From Balanoglossus misakiensis (Eukaryota > Animalia > Hemichordata), in assembly GCA_040954595.2 (NCBI GenBank), contig CM082577.2, forward strand, positions 5,630,301 through 5,694,300: a stretch of 64,000 nt of DNA, given 5' to 3'. Position 1 is the first letter of the stretch. Each line of letters begins with the position of its first letter. The position numbers and the translations under genes are program-made. Below are positions 29,801 through 41,890 of this stretch, one piece after another. The notes beneath the pieces were generated by a model. That model was not told where the DNA came from. It did not search any database and worked only from the letters and a program-made list of their open reading frames with translations.

Positions 29801-30395
29801 GGCAACGGAAGAAGCAGAGGAGTCTGGGTAACCGAGCACATCCCTTCAGCAGACCTGTCATTTGGTCCGCCATCTTGGGAACAGCCTTGGATCTTCGGCG
29901 CAGAGGCAATTGCAGGTGTGAAGGGGTATGAAGCTTTCTTGTTGTGACTCCCAAGTCTGTGGTTTTACTTTTAATACGTCGTGTGTCTTTGTAGAACAAA
30001 ATGGCCGACTTTCAGAAACTTTGAAGAAACAGGCAATGTCACCAGCGCGGCGTCATCAACGGCTGAGATCCGCGACAATGAAGTTACGCGTTCAGGATGG
30101 GTTACTAATACGGATTGACATTTATCGTTATTCCACTGCACACGATTTATTGCGTGTAACTCAATTTAGATTTAATACCATGGCCCAAGCGTCTGTTCTG
30201 CTAATATAGCAAAGTGTTTACTCTTGCCATGAATCATGAAATATACTGGCGCGGCGAAACTATTGTTCTGTTACAGTATTACATGCGAGCTGTACGTGAG
30301 GATATTATTATTTGGACGCAACTGCTCAAGTGAAGAAAATTGAGCCGGCACCGCGAAGACGATTCGACGCGTGCACACGAGCATGTAACTTGCTA

Positions 30396-30409
30396 GTTAC
30401 CGTGGCAAC
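30396..30409. promoter_or_regulatory. RFX X-box-like palindrome in a CpG-rich segment 2.5 kb upstream of the GPCR
   Basis: GTTACCGTGGCAAC versus consensus GTNRCC-N(0-3)-RGYAAC. A possible non-coding exon donor (CAG|gtattt) lies about 30 nt downstream, and a YY1-like CCGCCATCTT is near 29867. Confidence 0.45.
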
Positions 30410-31846
30410 GAATCGTCGTGGCTGAGTGCAACAATCAGCAGGTATTTGTGTCAAGTGGATAAGATAATTCTTCATTTTGGAGATCAAGCCGTGTACGCCG
30501 TTTTAAATAAAAATGACATCAAAATACGTAGATTCGATATCATCACATTCGAAGTTGTTTTTGTTCGTCAACATTTATTTTGTGGCAGAACATTTTAGTC
30601 CCTGCAGATGAAATCAAGGGCTTGTTGTCGGATCGTCCATCTGTTCTGTCGACAGCGACGGCGTAAAGTACACTTGAACTTGACTCATTGGTCATAAATG
30701 ATCGTCAATAAAGCATTTGAATCATTGCAGTGGCCCGGTCTCCACATTCGTACACTGACTAATACGTGCACTGGTACGTTAAGTGACGAGTTCGGTTCAC
30801 ACTGTAAAACAGATGTTTGATTGCTGCCCTGAGTTGATAGCACTGCCCGCCGACGGACAGATTTAATTCCCCGAGGCCATTTCACATTTGAGCAATGAAA
30901 ACATTGATTTTTGAACGTATTTGTGTGTATCTGTTGGTCAAAGCATAGGCAGTAGATGTTTGTGAGAATGTGTACGTGCACATAAACGACCTTGAGTCGT
31001 GTGAGGAAGCAGCGCTCAACGACACTCTGCAGTTAGCACTTTTGCGCGGATATTTTTAGAGGTGGGGAAATAATCGAATGGGTTTTAATTTGTGCGCTGC
31101 CTTCCCACTATAGTACGTTGTCAGAAAAGTATAAGTCCTCGATCATCAATGCATGTCTGCTTATCATAACTGGTTCAAGAAATATATGAGTAAATTAGAG
31201 GGTGAAAACAGAAAAATGTGTGATACGAGTCTGTTAGTTTCATTGTGCAGTGGTGAGGGCGCTGTTCAAATGGCACTTATGATTTGATTTCGGGCAGTGT
31301 TTAATTCATCCTGTCAGTTGTTGATTTAATCAACTTCCGAAACAATCCGTTTTGGACTATAAATTGATGGACATGTAAAAAAAAACCCGGAGGGATTGAC
31401 TGTTTCTTGTGCAGGTATTTTGGTGATGGGTATCGCGAAATTTTAACATTTTACGCACGTTGTAGGGGAGGATCTTCCAAATTGAAGCGCACACCACACA
31501 TATGGCCAACATACCAATTTTGTTTTTATAACATCCATCTGTGTGCAGATGCGGCGATGTGCTGGTTAGTGCACTGAAACTCTACTGGTATTTTGCTTCT
31601 CTGCATCATTTAAAATAAACTTCAGTAGCAAAACACTAAATCAATGTAATTAGTATGATCACGCCATGCACTCTCAATCAAGAATACAGATGACATTTCT
31701 TTGAACCCGAAAATCGGAAGATGTAAGCACATGATCAGTAACTCGTCAACTTGATATGCCGTCAAAGCGAAGAGCAACAACATAGCGTTCCAATATTGCA
31801 TAATGTTGAGTGTTTCCAAAACAGGTAGCTGAAAATATGCGTCGAC

Positions 31847-31884
<38 letters not shown>

Positions 31885-31920
31885 GTCATCATCATCATCA
31901 TCATCATAGTCGTCGTCGTC
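31847..31920. repeat. (CAT)n followed by (CGT)n trinucleotide microsatellite
   Basis: Directly visible. It explains the poly-Ile ORF 31810-32022. Confidence 0.95.
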
Positions 31921-32912
31921 CGTTCGCGCGGCTCAGCGGCCCGACCACAAGTCCTCGGCGGGATGGATCATCATTGGACCGCGAACCAGAAAGAACAAAT
32001 ACGTGTACAGTTTGGTGAATGAGGTTACAGTTACGATGCAGGCATCACACGCATTGCTTCCGCCAGCCTGGGGGTACGCGCGTACAATGAGGGCGTCGCG
32101 GATTTGTCGCTCCGTCCCCCGCCCCGGCGGAGTACAGACTGAAAATCCGCGTCTTCTATTTTCATTTTCGTGACAGTTGGCACATGGCTCGGTCAAACGA
32201 AATTAGATTCAGTGGACAAATTAAATGGTAATGTCACCTTGCTTGATTTGGGTTCATGAATGCATTTGCCCATAGAGAAAAAAAATTGACGTAGTGTTTT
32301 TCCTTCCAATTATCGGATATATTTCTGAACTTACATGTCATAACCGAGCACAATGACCATTCGTTTTATTAAGGAATTTAATAACACTTACATAGGAGAA
32401 TAAAAAAAATCGTAATTTACAGAAATGACCTTACTTTCAACATTACCGACCAGACACAATACCAATTTTGATAACCGACGCCAAGGAGAAAAAAATCATG
32501 ATTAAAAGAAATGACATTGCTTTCAAATTGGCTGATCGCACATCACTTAAAAATTAAAATTCCCGTTGGGCAATATTAAATACAGGTTTTGACAATGAGA
32601 ACACCTACACGAGAGAATAAAAAAAGTCGTAATTAACAAAGAAGAATGAAAAAACAGTAATTAAACGAGATGACATTACTTTCAACTGTACCGATTGTAC
32701 CTTCCTAAAATATGGAAGCGCTCGTTGGACACCATCGCCAACAATATATAGGCTAGTCTCCTCCGCCAGCGAAATTCCAAGAATGCGCATGTGCGGGATG
32801 GAATGCAACCGATGCCTCTTTGGATGCGAGGAGACACACTGTCAGTTGTGAGTGCGAATGAGCAACTGCGAATGTGTATCCGCCCGTTCGCCTGTACGTA
32901 ACGCCGCGTAAC

Positions 32913-34232
32913 ATGGATTGTGAGCAGTACGCGGTAAGTCAAGTAACTGATTATCATACATTTGCAGGGAAGGACGCCAAACTGCCGAACTGCAGCGATG
33001 TCGGGGAAATCAACGGAACCGGCTCGGACTATTTCAACGACGACTTGCTGCGTAATTTACTGCGCCAGTCGCTCTTCACCCACAAGTCACCGTCGACCAT
33101 CGTGCTCATCGCTCTCTACGTCATGTCGTTCATCACCGGCGTGGTGGGCAACGTGCTGGTCATTGTCGTCTGGTTCAAAAACAAGCACATACAGACCATC
33201 ATCAATTTCTTCCTGGTCAACCTGGCCGTGTGCGACTTGATGGTGATCTTGTTCTGCATGCCCATAACTTTGGGCAACGTCATTTACAGCGAGTGGATAT
33301 ACGGCGAAGTTTTGTGCAAGTTGACGCCGTGCATACAAGGCATGTCGGTGTCCGCCAGCGTTTTTATACTGACCGCCGTCAGCCTGAATCGCTTCTACGC
33401 CATCCACAAGCCGTTGAGAGCGAGGGTGTTGTACACCCGTCCCCGGGTGCGCAACTTCATCATCGTCGTTTGGATTATTTCGCTGATCCTGATGACTCCC
33501 ATACTGGTCGTGAACCGGCTGGAGATGATCACCAACGCGGACCTGGAAGTCGTCTCCCTCGCCGGTTGCACGGAGAACTGGAACCCCATCGAGCTGAAGC
33601 ACGCCTACAACGTGTTCCTCTTCCTCGTGCAGTTCGCCGTGCCCATGGCCATCATGTTCGTGGCGTACGCGATGATAGTGAAGGCTCTGGTGGCCGGCAA
33701 GTCGGCGCTGGGGAAGGACTGCAACCCGGACAAGCAGGTGGCGGCGCAGGACAGGAACCGCAGCAAGGTTGTTCGCCTGCTGATGGTGGTCGTCGTCCTC
33801 TTCGCCGTGTCCTGGTTTCCCTACCACGTGGCCACCATCTGGTTCGACTACAAGTCCAAGCAGGCCAGCGGGGAGTTCAGCGTCATGGTCTACCCCTTTC
33901 TGCAGTGGCTGGGGCTGTGCAACTCGTCGCTGAACCCGATCTGCTACTGCTTTCTGAGCAAGACCTACCGGAGGACGTTCAAGGCCACACTGCAGTGCAG
34001 GTGGGACAGGATGAAGAGTGTGAAAAACGGCATCGAGGGAGGACATTTCGGCCACAGCGTGGGACTCGGCAGCTCCAAACGCAAGTTTCGCGCCGGAACT
34101 CAAACCGGCTCGTGCAAAATGGAGAGGACAAGTTCGCGGTCGAGAAAGGCGGGCAGCAATGGAACTTTCACGTCAAAAACATCGAACGCCCAACCGAACA
34201 AGGAAGTTGTCTTCCTGGAGACAACGCTATAA
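32913..34232 (+). CDS. Class A (rhodopsin-like) neuropeptide GPCR, NPFF/SIFamide/orexin/QRFP receptor-like; single coding exon, about 439 aa from ATG 32913
   Basis: Seven hydrophobic segments with GN (TM1 GVVGN), NLAVCD (TM2), W-x-YGEVLCK (ECL1/TM3), IQGMSVSASVF...SLNRF (TM3), SWFP (TM6) and NSSLNPICY (TM7). N-terminal N-glycosylation sequons NCS and NGT, and an ECL2 Cys (GCTENW). The ORF-track start at 32874 is GTG; the first in-frame ATG is 32913. Confidence 0.95.
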   Translation: MDCEQYAVSQVTDYHTFAGKDAKLPNCSDVGEINGTGSDYFNDDLLRNLLRQSLFTHKSPSTIVLIALYVMSFITGVVGNVLVIVVWFKNKHIQTIINFFLVNLAVCDLMVILFCMPITLGNVIYSEWIYGEVLCKLTPCIQGMSVSASVFILTAVSLNRFYAIHKPLRARVLYTRPRVRNFIIVVWIISLILMTPILVVNRLEMITNADLEVVSLAGCTENWNPIELKHAYNVFLFLVQFAVPMAIMFVAYAMIVKALVAGKSALGKDCNPDKQVAAQDRNRSKVVRLLMVVVVLFAVSWFPYHVATIWFDYKSKQASGEFSVMVYPFLQWLGLCNSSLNPICYCFLSKTYRRTFKATLQCRWDRMKSVKNGIEGGHFGHSVGLGSSKRKFRAGTQTGSCKMERTSSRSRKAGSNGTFTSKTSNAQPNKEVVFLETTL

Positions 34233-37200
34233 CTTTTCCCCAATAATGAAAAGTGATGTGAGTAAACCATGACCGATGATTCCGAAAACTCGGAAGAGGC
34301 GTTTCGCTATAAAAGCTCGATTTATAAATCTTCAACGTGTAAATTAAACCCTCAGTAAGTTTAACATTCCAAGATCTCAAGTCTCTTCCTACAAAGTACA
34401 ACTAGACCTTGAGGTCAATGGTATATTAAGATAACAAACGGCTTGGAAAAGCCTCGTCACGGAGTATTACCCACGACTCGTCTCAGGCTACGTTATTCTG
34501 GCGGGAAAAATTATCAATTTTAACATCTTCATAGTTACTATGTCGTTTGAATCAATGTCAATTCAGCAATTCATTACCACCCAGATTTCACGCCACATAA
34601 TTTTTTTGACACCAAAAAAATCTCGCCGATATTTTATAAAGGTTAACTTAATTAAATTGAATCTGAACATTCACCTTCGAGTGAAAACTCGCCTAAACCC
34701 TCACCGCACCATTCGTCAATAGAGGGCGACTGTTCTCTCTATCGCTCAATATCTGTTAAATCATCCGGAAACATGCGATTTGCTGGTGTTGCGAAGCCGT
34801 CAAATTACTTCTGAAACATCTGATGCGGCTTTTCTATTCGCCGTGACTTCTTTGTGACTCGGTGACAGTACGGAATACGTTATGCTTAAACGGGCACGGA
34901 CATGAACCTGGGCGCTGCATTTACATATTAGAAATTTGTAAGACAATAGAATTGCCCGTTTGGGACGAATACATATGAATACAATTGAATTGACATGATA
35001 TTGCTGACCACGCCTAGCACAACGCAAAGTGATTCGATCTCTCAAAACGTATGCAAATGAGATTCAAAAGACTTGATGCATCCATTATACAAAAACATGT
35101 CGTTGTATTAACATTGGCTTAAGAACTGAGTTTGGCTCCAGAAAGCGAACAATGCTTTCGCCGTCAAACACAGTCAATAAAAGCGGTTCTTTCACTGTGT
35201 GTTCTCGTGTTTCTGTGAAGAGTGTCATTCATATCATCTCCTCTCAGTTGTTGAAATATTGCGCATCGCCAGTTGACCGCATAATGGATAGACGTGATAA
35301 TGCGCCAATCCAGAACATCATTTATGTATTAAGCTAATATGACCCCAGGATGTAAGCAGATGAAAGATTCGTACATTCGAACCTGATATACAAAAACTGT
35401 CGTGAACCTGTGCGCTGCATTTACATAGTTACTTAGAATTCAGTTTAATATTAATAATACATTTATAGATTTTAACATAGTTTATAAAATTAATTATATA
35501 AAAGTTATGTTTGCAAACGTCATAAATAAACAGGCCAAGGGAATCCTGACTGAACTTTGTGCGAAATGGAGTCGCGTAATTGTCCATATATAGGCGGTAT
35601 ATGGCTTTCAGCGTCATGCCCTTTGAAAAGCTTTTATTTTCTCCATTGCTGTACGTTTCTTTGGAACATTTCAATTAGGCAGATTAGGTCGAGTGGAACG
35701 ATGGTAAACTGCACATTAACCCTACAGGCGAAACCAAACATGATTTTGTATATACAGTTTCAGAGTACTTGTAGACCATTTTCCGAACTCCACCAGACCC
35801 AACGAGATCTCGCGTGGCCAGGCAGTTTATATGGGAGGACATTTTCGTGCGACACAGGACAAATAGTCCTTTTGACATGCAAATAGCAAAAGTGGCAGAA
35901 TTTCACAAATGAAGACCAAAATTCTAGACTGTGTGTGTGGAGTGAGCAAAGCGATAAAGAACCCCCACATAGGATTGGATTCCAGACTAGGCCTGAATGG
36001 GCCACGGCAGCTGGTGGTGGCAACAAACCAGCCCAGGTTAAGCTCCTTAGAGCGCGCCGTTGTGTTCCCATTCAGCGACAGAATTGGATGTCGAGTCCCC
36101 GGGAGGATTTATCCATTTGCCGCCCAGCTACCTTTACCGGTGACGGAAGCCAGCCAACAAAGGAAGTGATTTTGTTGGGTGTTCTCAAGCGGAATGAATA
36201 CGCAAATTTGTTAAATTGAATAATCACCAATGTCGCCGTTCGGGTGTAAAAAATGTCACAGGCGTTTCCCAGTGTATAGATTCGGACGTGTACGTATACG
36301 CCACACTCTTTGGCATGGTCGGTGGCGAGGTGTTCCCGATTCAGGGCAGGCGTTGCCCCGGTTTCGCTGATCTACGTGTGTGGACGCTGTTCAATGGTAC
36401 AGCGCGACAGAAATGCGCGCGCAGAGCATGATGATCTCCGGCGACACGGTTCGTCTCACCCCCGATTAAACCCACACACTCATTCAGAAGCATTTCGTGA
36501 TTGCAGTTTCAATTTTTAAGGAGAGCAGCTTAGATTCAGACGCTTATGTAAGCACGATTGATTACCAGTCCACGGCAGTTCATGCAACATGGAAGCCCAC
36601 GCTGGAAATAAGGAGGGGGGGGGGGGGGGGAGCAGCTTTTGAAGTTACTGAAAGGACGGGGGTTCTCGCGTAGTTGGCGAAAATGTCCCGTTTTACACTA
36701 TGTATTGCCAAGCCTATAGGAGGCACATGCAAGTGTTTCAAAAGTTCAGGTATAATGCCACTGGTGTATGCATGGTGCCTTGCATGCAAATACACCTTTC
36801 CTCAGCCTCTGTCCAGGTTTTAGTAGAAAATCAGACGATCAACAGAAACAAAGGAAGAGGTGTAAGAGGTTCAGCTGGAACAATGGACAGTTTAGAGTGA
36901 GGGCGCTATATCCTGTTTTTCTATAAGTTAATACGAGACATTTGCGAAAACTACACTAATCAAGTTGTTACTAGGCTAATAGTGCGTTACTGAGAGGTAA
37001 ATGCTCCGGTAATTCCAGAAGTCACTAGTCCTTTTCTGTAGCGACGTACACTTGACCAGATATTGTCACCCTATCGTCTGCCCTGCAAACCTACGGATCC
37101 AACGCTGGCAGCACGTTGCAATATGCTGGCTGAGTCACGTGTTAATCAGGTGACATCGAGACGAAAAGGGCACTATGGCCGTGAGATCACCTTTACACAC

Positions 37201-38116
37201 GAACAGTTAAACTGGATCAATTCCGATGATGGGCTGAAGCGAGATTGTTCTTGGATATTTAACCTTTCTGTGCGCGCTCTATAACTTATAGTCGCTATGC
37301 CCCGTGGCACGTTTCATACAATTGTTCAGTTTAGTATAAACCTGAAACCCGCTCCGCTCAAAAACTCAGTTAATTTACGTAAAACACGGAGAACCTAGGC
37401 GCCCCCTGTGTTCTGATACACTTACAGACTCACTGCTAATGAGACTATTTACATACAGTATATACACGAGTGAATCTATAAACCACCTGCAATTCCTCCC
37501 GGTCTCAAGGTCTGACATACCATCACCTGTACATTTCCCGGGCCTCACAACACTTTCCCGCCCGATTATGCATATTCATTTCAACGCGGCACGACCAACT
37601 CTTTTCGGCTATCATTGTACATGTATATTCAAGAGAAGTAGATGAATTTTGGCGCGAAATAGGACTTCAACGTCTTAAATTTTAATTGCCTAAACTAAAA
37701 CTTACAGACTCCTTGTCGTTTGACGAAGGGGAGATGAAAGGCGATGCTAGACATTTTTTCAAGGCCGGACGGTGAAATCGAACGAAGCGCAGGTCCCCGA
37801 GGAACAATCATGCACAATGCATGATGGGATTACTTCAAATTTGATGACGATTCCGATTAGCTAAACCGCGGGAATCTGATAAGCAAGACATTACGGATAA
37901 TGATGCCAACGCAGACTGACTGACGTGAAGGATAAAATTGGCGATTAGTTTGCAGGGGTCAAGGGTAATACAATTTGTCGTGTTAACACCTATATTATTA
38001 TCCCATATGGTCAGTTCTTTTCGGATCGATGGTAAAGTGACAGTTATTTAAATACATGTAGTTAAATCTCAGCGGCGAAGTTCCTCTTACGTTAATTTCA
38101 TTATTTTAGTTTTAGA

Positions 38117-38398
38117 GGGGAGTACTCCCGTAGAAAGGTGTACCCGTTCACTAAAAATTCCCCTAAACCTATGTCCTTGGTTGACTATTCATCCGAAAAA
38201 AATATTTAACATTGGTAGATAACATAGGAAATGTCTCAATGCTTTAGAAAGACCTTCACATGCAACTAACAATGGCAAAATAACTCAAGATATCCGAAAT
38301 TTTGGCTTGAAATCCATAACAACGGGTCCGTTTCTTGGAGTATGCATGTTTTTGGCCGCACAACCCCGTATGGAAATATTGGGAGTCCCCCCCCCCCT
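38117..38398. mobile_element. Putative MITE with G-run/ACTCCC terminal inverted repeats
   Basis: Begins GGGGAGTACTCCC and ends GGGAGTCCCCCCCCCC; about 280 bp, non-coding. Confidence 0.45.
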
Positions 38399-39526
38399 CG
38401 ATGTCAGACGGTTTCTTCGCTTGTACACTGAAGAAATGGGTGTCGCACTCGTAAGAGTACGTAATCTATACACACCTATCGTATGCATACAGTTTTGATT
38501 TCAACAACTCATTTCTTTGGCGTAATGTTGAGAGACGTATTAGATGGGACTTGCATGATGTGTGTGCTTCGCTTGTTAATCAAAATCTCCAATTCGAAAC
38601 ACTTAGGCAAGTCAACACTAGTGCCTAGTTTAACCATTCACACTCTTAGTAGGAATTAAATTGATTATTTTGCTGTGGGTATGTTCTTTTCGTTCAAATT
38701 AAATTTTAAAAACAACCTTCGGTGTTGAAGGATTGGATGTCTTGATTTACTGCCCATAAAATCGTTATTACCTCACGAATCTCAAGAGTGAGTTGTCTAC
38801 ATAAGCTTCGGGATTTAAATTGCAAAAATAGGATTCAGCCAAAATCTCTTTACAGTTGATCGCCCCCATAACTATCGTGATTAGGTACCTTGATTTACGG
38901 CCAGAATCATCGCTAGCATCCGATTTCAAGTTTAACTGGCCTTCATCCAGACGTATTGTGCTCAAAGGACCCTGGACCTTATATCCGTCTGGAGACCCTC
39001 TCGCGGACAATTTGGGGCTTTTGATAATCGTTAGACCCCTTCTTTCTTATAGTACGTCACCAACCGTTCAGCGCGCACCCGGAGCCTGAAAACAGGTTCA
39101 AACTCAAGATCTCCCTCAGGCGGCGACAGTTTCAGATCTCTCACACCTATTCCTCTCTTTAATCAACTCTACCGATTGATGGCGCTCGTAGCGGTATAAG
39201 CGGCTCGGCAGCGGAGTGCTTTGGCGCGAGACTGGAAAACCAGGGCATGGTAACATTGAATACTGTTATGCGAGTGCTACAGTGCTACATGAGACGAAAA
39301 CATGGACTCATATTTTGCTCCCCTACCACTTATTTTTTTCACTATCAAAGGGTGACACGTAACAACCACGTCATAGCTTTTGTATCAAAGAAAACAGAAA
39401 TTTCTACAAGAATATAAATTCGTGAATAACTTATATATTTCGATTTCTTGTATCACAAAAAATCGACAGTACCCTCTGGGCATTATCTATGCCACCGGAC
39501 ATTTGCCCGTTTACTTTCTGGTCAGT

Positions 39527-39666
39527 TAAGCGAGAACCATTTGATTTCTGAGGGGTGGATGAAGGATTAGTTTTTTTTTTGGGGGGGGGTATTGGTGCTG
39601 AGGAAAAAACAAATTTGCTTCTACCTCCAACCCCCCCCCCCCAGAAATCGAATGGTTCTCCCCTTA
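39527..39666. mobile_element. MITE (about 140 bp) with about 24-bp TIRs, TA-flanked (Tc1/mariner-type by inference)
   Basis: TAAGCGAGAACCATTTGATTTCTG ... CAGAAATCGAATGGTTCTCCCCTTA are near-perfect inverted repeats with TA at both outer ends. Confidence 0.75.
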
Positions 39667-41890
39667 CCAATAGCTGGAGAAACCAACCCTCGCTTAATAC
39701 AGTTATACAAACGCGTGACCATAGTGACCCAATTGTCCCTCTCATTTGGAGTTTTATGTGTTTGCGTCCAAGCCACGTTGTAAATTTGCTTGATTCGTTT
39801 TTTTTTATCATTAAACAGCTTGGAGATTCAGTGTGAACAATGAATAAATCATCACAGTGCAGCAGCTGGATATCATAAAAAAAGATAAAACTAATGTTAA
39901 TGTTTTGAAGCGCCACCATTCGAATCTCCAAAGACAGCGGGCTCTCTGTGAGCACAGAAATTGTCGGTTGTGTGCTGCACGCGCTTGTTAGTAGAAAAAT
40001 CAGGCATTAGGCACATGATGTGTAACTTCACAAACCTTGACATTTTCCAACAACGAAATACCATAGTTCTTCGCGTGTATTTACGGATTGACCCCTGACC
40101 CGCACTCACTCACTTTATACACGCAGACCCAACCCGCCAAATAGAACGCCGTTGACCCTTGACCTCTTGAAATATGATAAGTTTTCAGTTAGTTTCCTAA
40201 CACCCGAAACGTTGCTTACTTTTAAATTTCATTCGAAGTGTTTTAGCATTTTAGAAGAAATCATGGGGTTGGGACCTTTTGACTACTTCAGTGCAGTGAG
40301 ACACTTTTTTGAGTCACGCCCAATGAGGGTTGACGTGTTTTAAAATAATAAAGCAAGCACAGACGGCATTAAAAAAATATCGACATCCAGATAACAGTGA
40401 AGTTTGTAGCTTTGCATGCCAATTCAACACTAATAACTACTATAATTTAGTTGCTCTTCATATCAGGCGCCGATATTTGTTTACTAACGAAATCTAAATT
40501 GATAGTGTACAATGTAGCGTTATTAAAAAACATGTGATACACCGTGTGAAAATTGCATAAAGCATACACGAGTGACAGACATGGAAAAGATAACATTTAT
40601 GAGACATGCATGGCCTGAGCAACGTCAGGTTAAAACATAGACCCTGGAGAGAGGGGTATCCAGGGTCCATGGTTAAAAACTTAATATCGGGATGCCAGTA
40701 CCGTGCCCTACCTGTATTTCTACCCTTAACACTTGACAGTATGGCCAATAGCGTTGTCTCATACTGCAGTGTTGTCCTCTGATTTTATCCAGCCAAAATC
40801 GATCTGTTTCCCCGACACTTTGTTGGCACGTGCAATGAGGGTACTTGAGACGGGCAGACCAGTGGTAAATCTGTCATGACTGGCCTCATATCTGGTATCT
40901 TATTGCCTATGGTGTGCTGGCAGCCTGAGTTACCCACGTGTGGGATCGACAGCACTTGTTCTCGGCACACTTTGTGCACGTGGCACGTTAACCAGCGAGC
41001 GAGCGAGCGGCAAAAGTTCCTCATATCAAATATGGTGCCGATTAAAAAGACATATTCATGTCAGACACACATACACCCCCCCCCCCAACATGACCTACAC
41101 CTTTGCCTTTGGAGTTTTCGAGATGTTCTCGCGGCGTGGGCAAATGTAGGCCTACTATACACGATTTGGCGACCAAATGCCCGTGAATGAAGAGAAAGGA
41201 GGACATTTACCAACAGAAGAGTGCTTAACCGTTGCTATGGTTGGTCAGACATTATTCAGAAATGTTCATTGATACGAATCAGTATGGCCCAATTAGACTC
41301 CCTCCCGTTCCCAGAGGCTGACAGTTCGGACGGCAATGATTGCACGCGAATTGCCTTAGGTCTCGTGAGTTTTTGGTGATAATTTAACGAATCCATGTGA
41401 CGCGTTTCCCACAGCCAACCACATATATATGGGTAAGTGAGCGACATGGAATTATTCAAACCAGCACCGATCAGTACACACCACAGGTAGGTCTTGCGAC
41501 TTGCTAGTCACAAGCATCGCAATTTCCTCTCGACCAATCCCGCTCTGCTCTCTTCCACCATATTCGGCGATTCGTTTGTCCCGGCACTGCAGAATCTATC
41601 GACAACTCCGCCAATTTATACCCACGTTGTGCACCTCGAGAGCATAATCGAATACCAGTACACCAGGAGTGTCTTGGGTAGCAGCCTGACATGTGTATTT
41701 CTCAAGCGCTGTTGCATCTTGGTGTTTGAGCGAACGTCGACGATAGTTCTGACATTTTATTTTTCTCTCCGAGGAAAAGGGCGTAGAAGCAGCTAGGCCC
41801 GCGACCTGTGGTTTGTCATCACTTGAATACTGGTAATAACTCTGTCGTCACTTTTCTCTCCCCCCCCCCCCCATACAGCAGCAAGGCACC

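Noticed and set aside
31810-32022. Poly-Ile membrane-like ORF
   Set aside because: Translation of a (CAT)n microsatellite.
32934-32967. 34-nt GT-AG mini-intron at the GPCR start
   Set aside because: Very short and not a multiple of 3. Removing it would frameshift the ORF, and upstream ATGs in the other frames hit stops.
33087-34103. 338-aa antisense ORF over the GPCR
   Set aside because: Shadow ORF caused by G/C-ending codons on the sense strand; no recognisable domain.
33230-34246. 338-aa alternative-frame ORF over the GPCR
   Set aside because: Arg/His/Gly-rich composition typical of an off-frame read of GC3-rich coding sequence; non-ATG start.
39431-39955. 174-aa minus-strand ORF
   Set aside because: It spans a MITE and homopolymer runs, with no domain or splice support.
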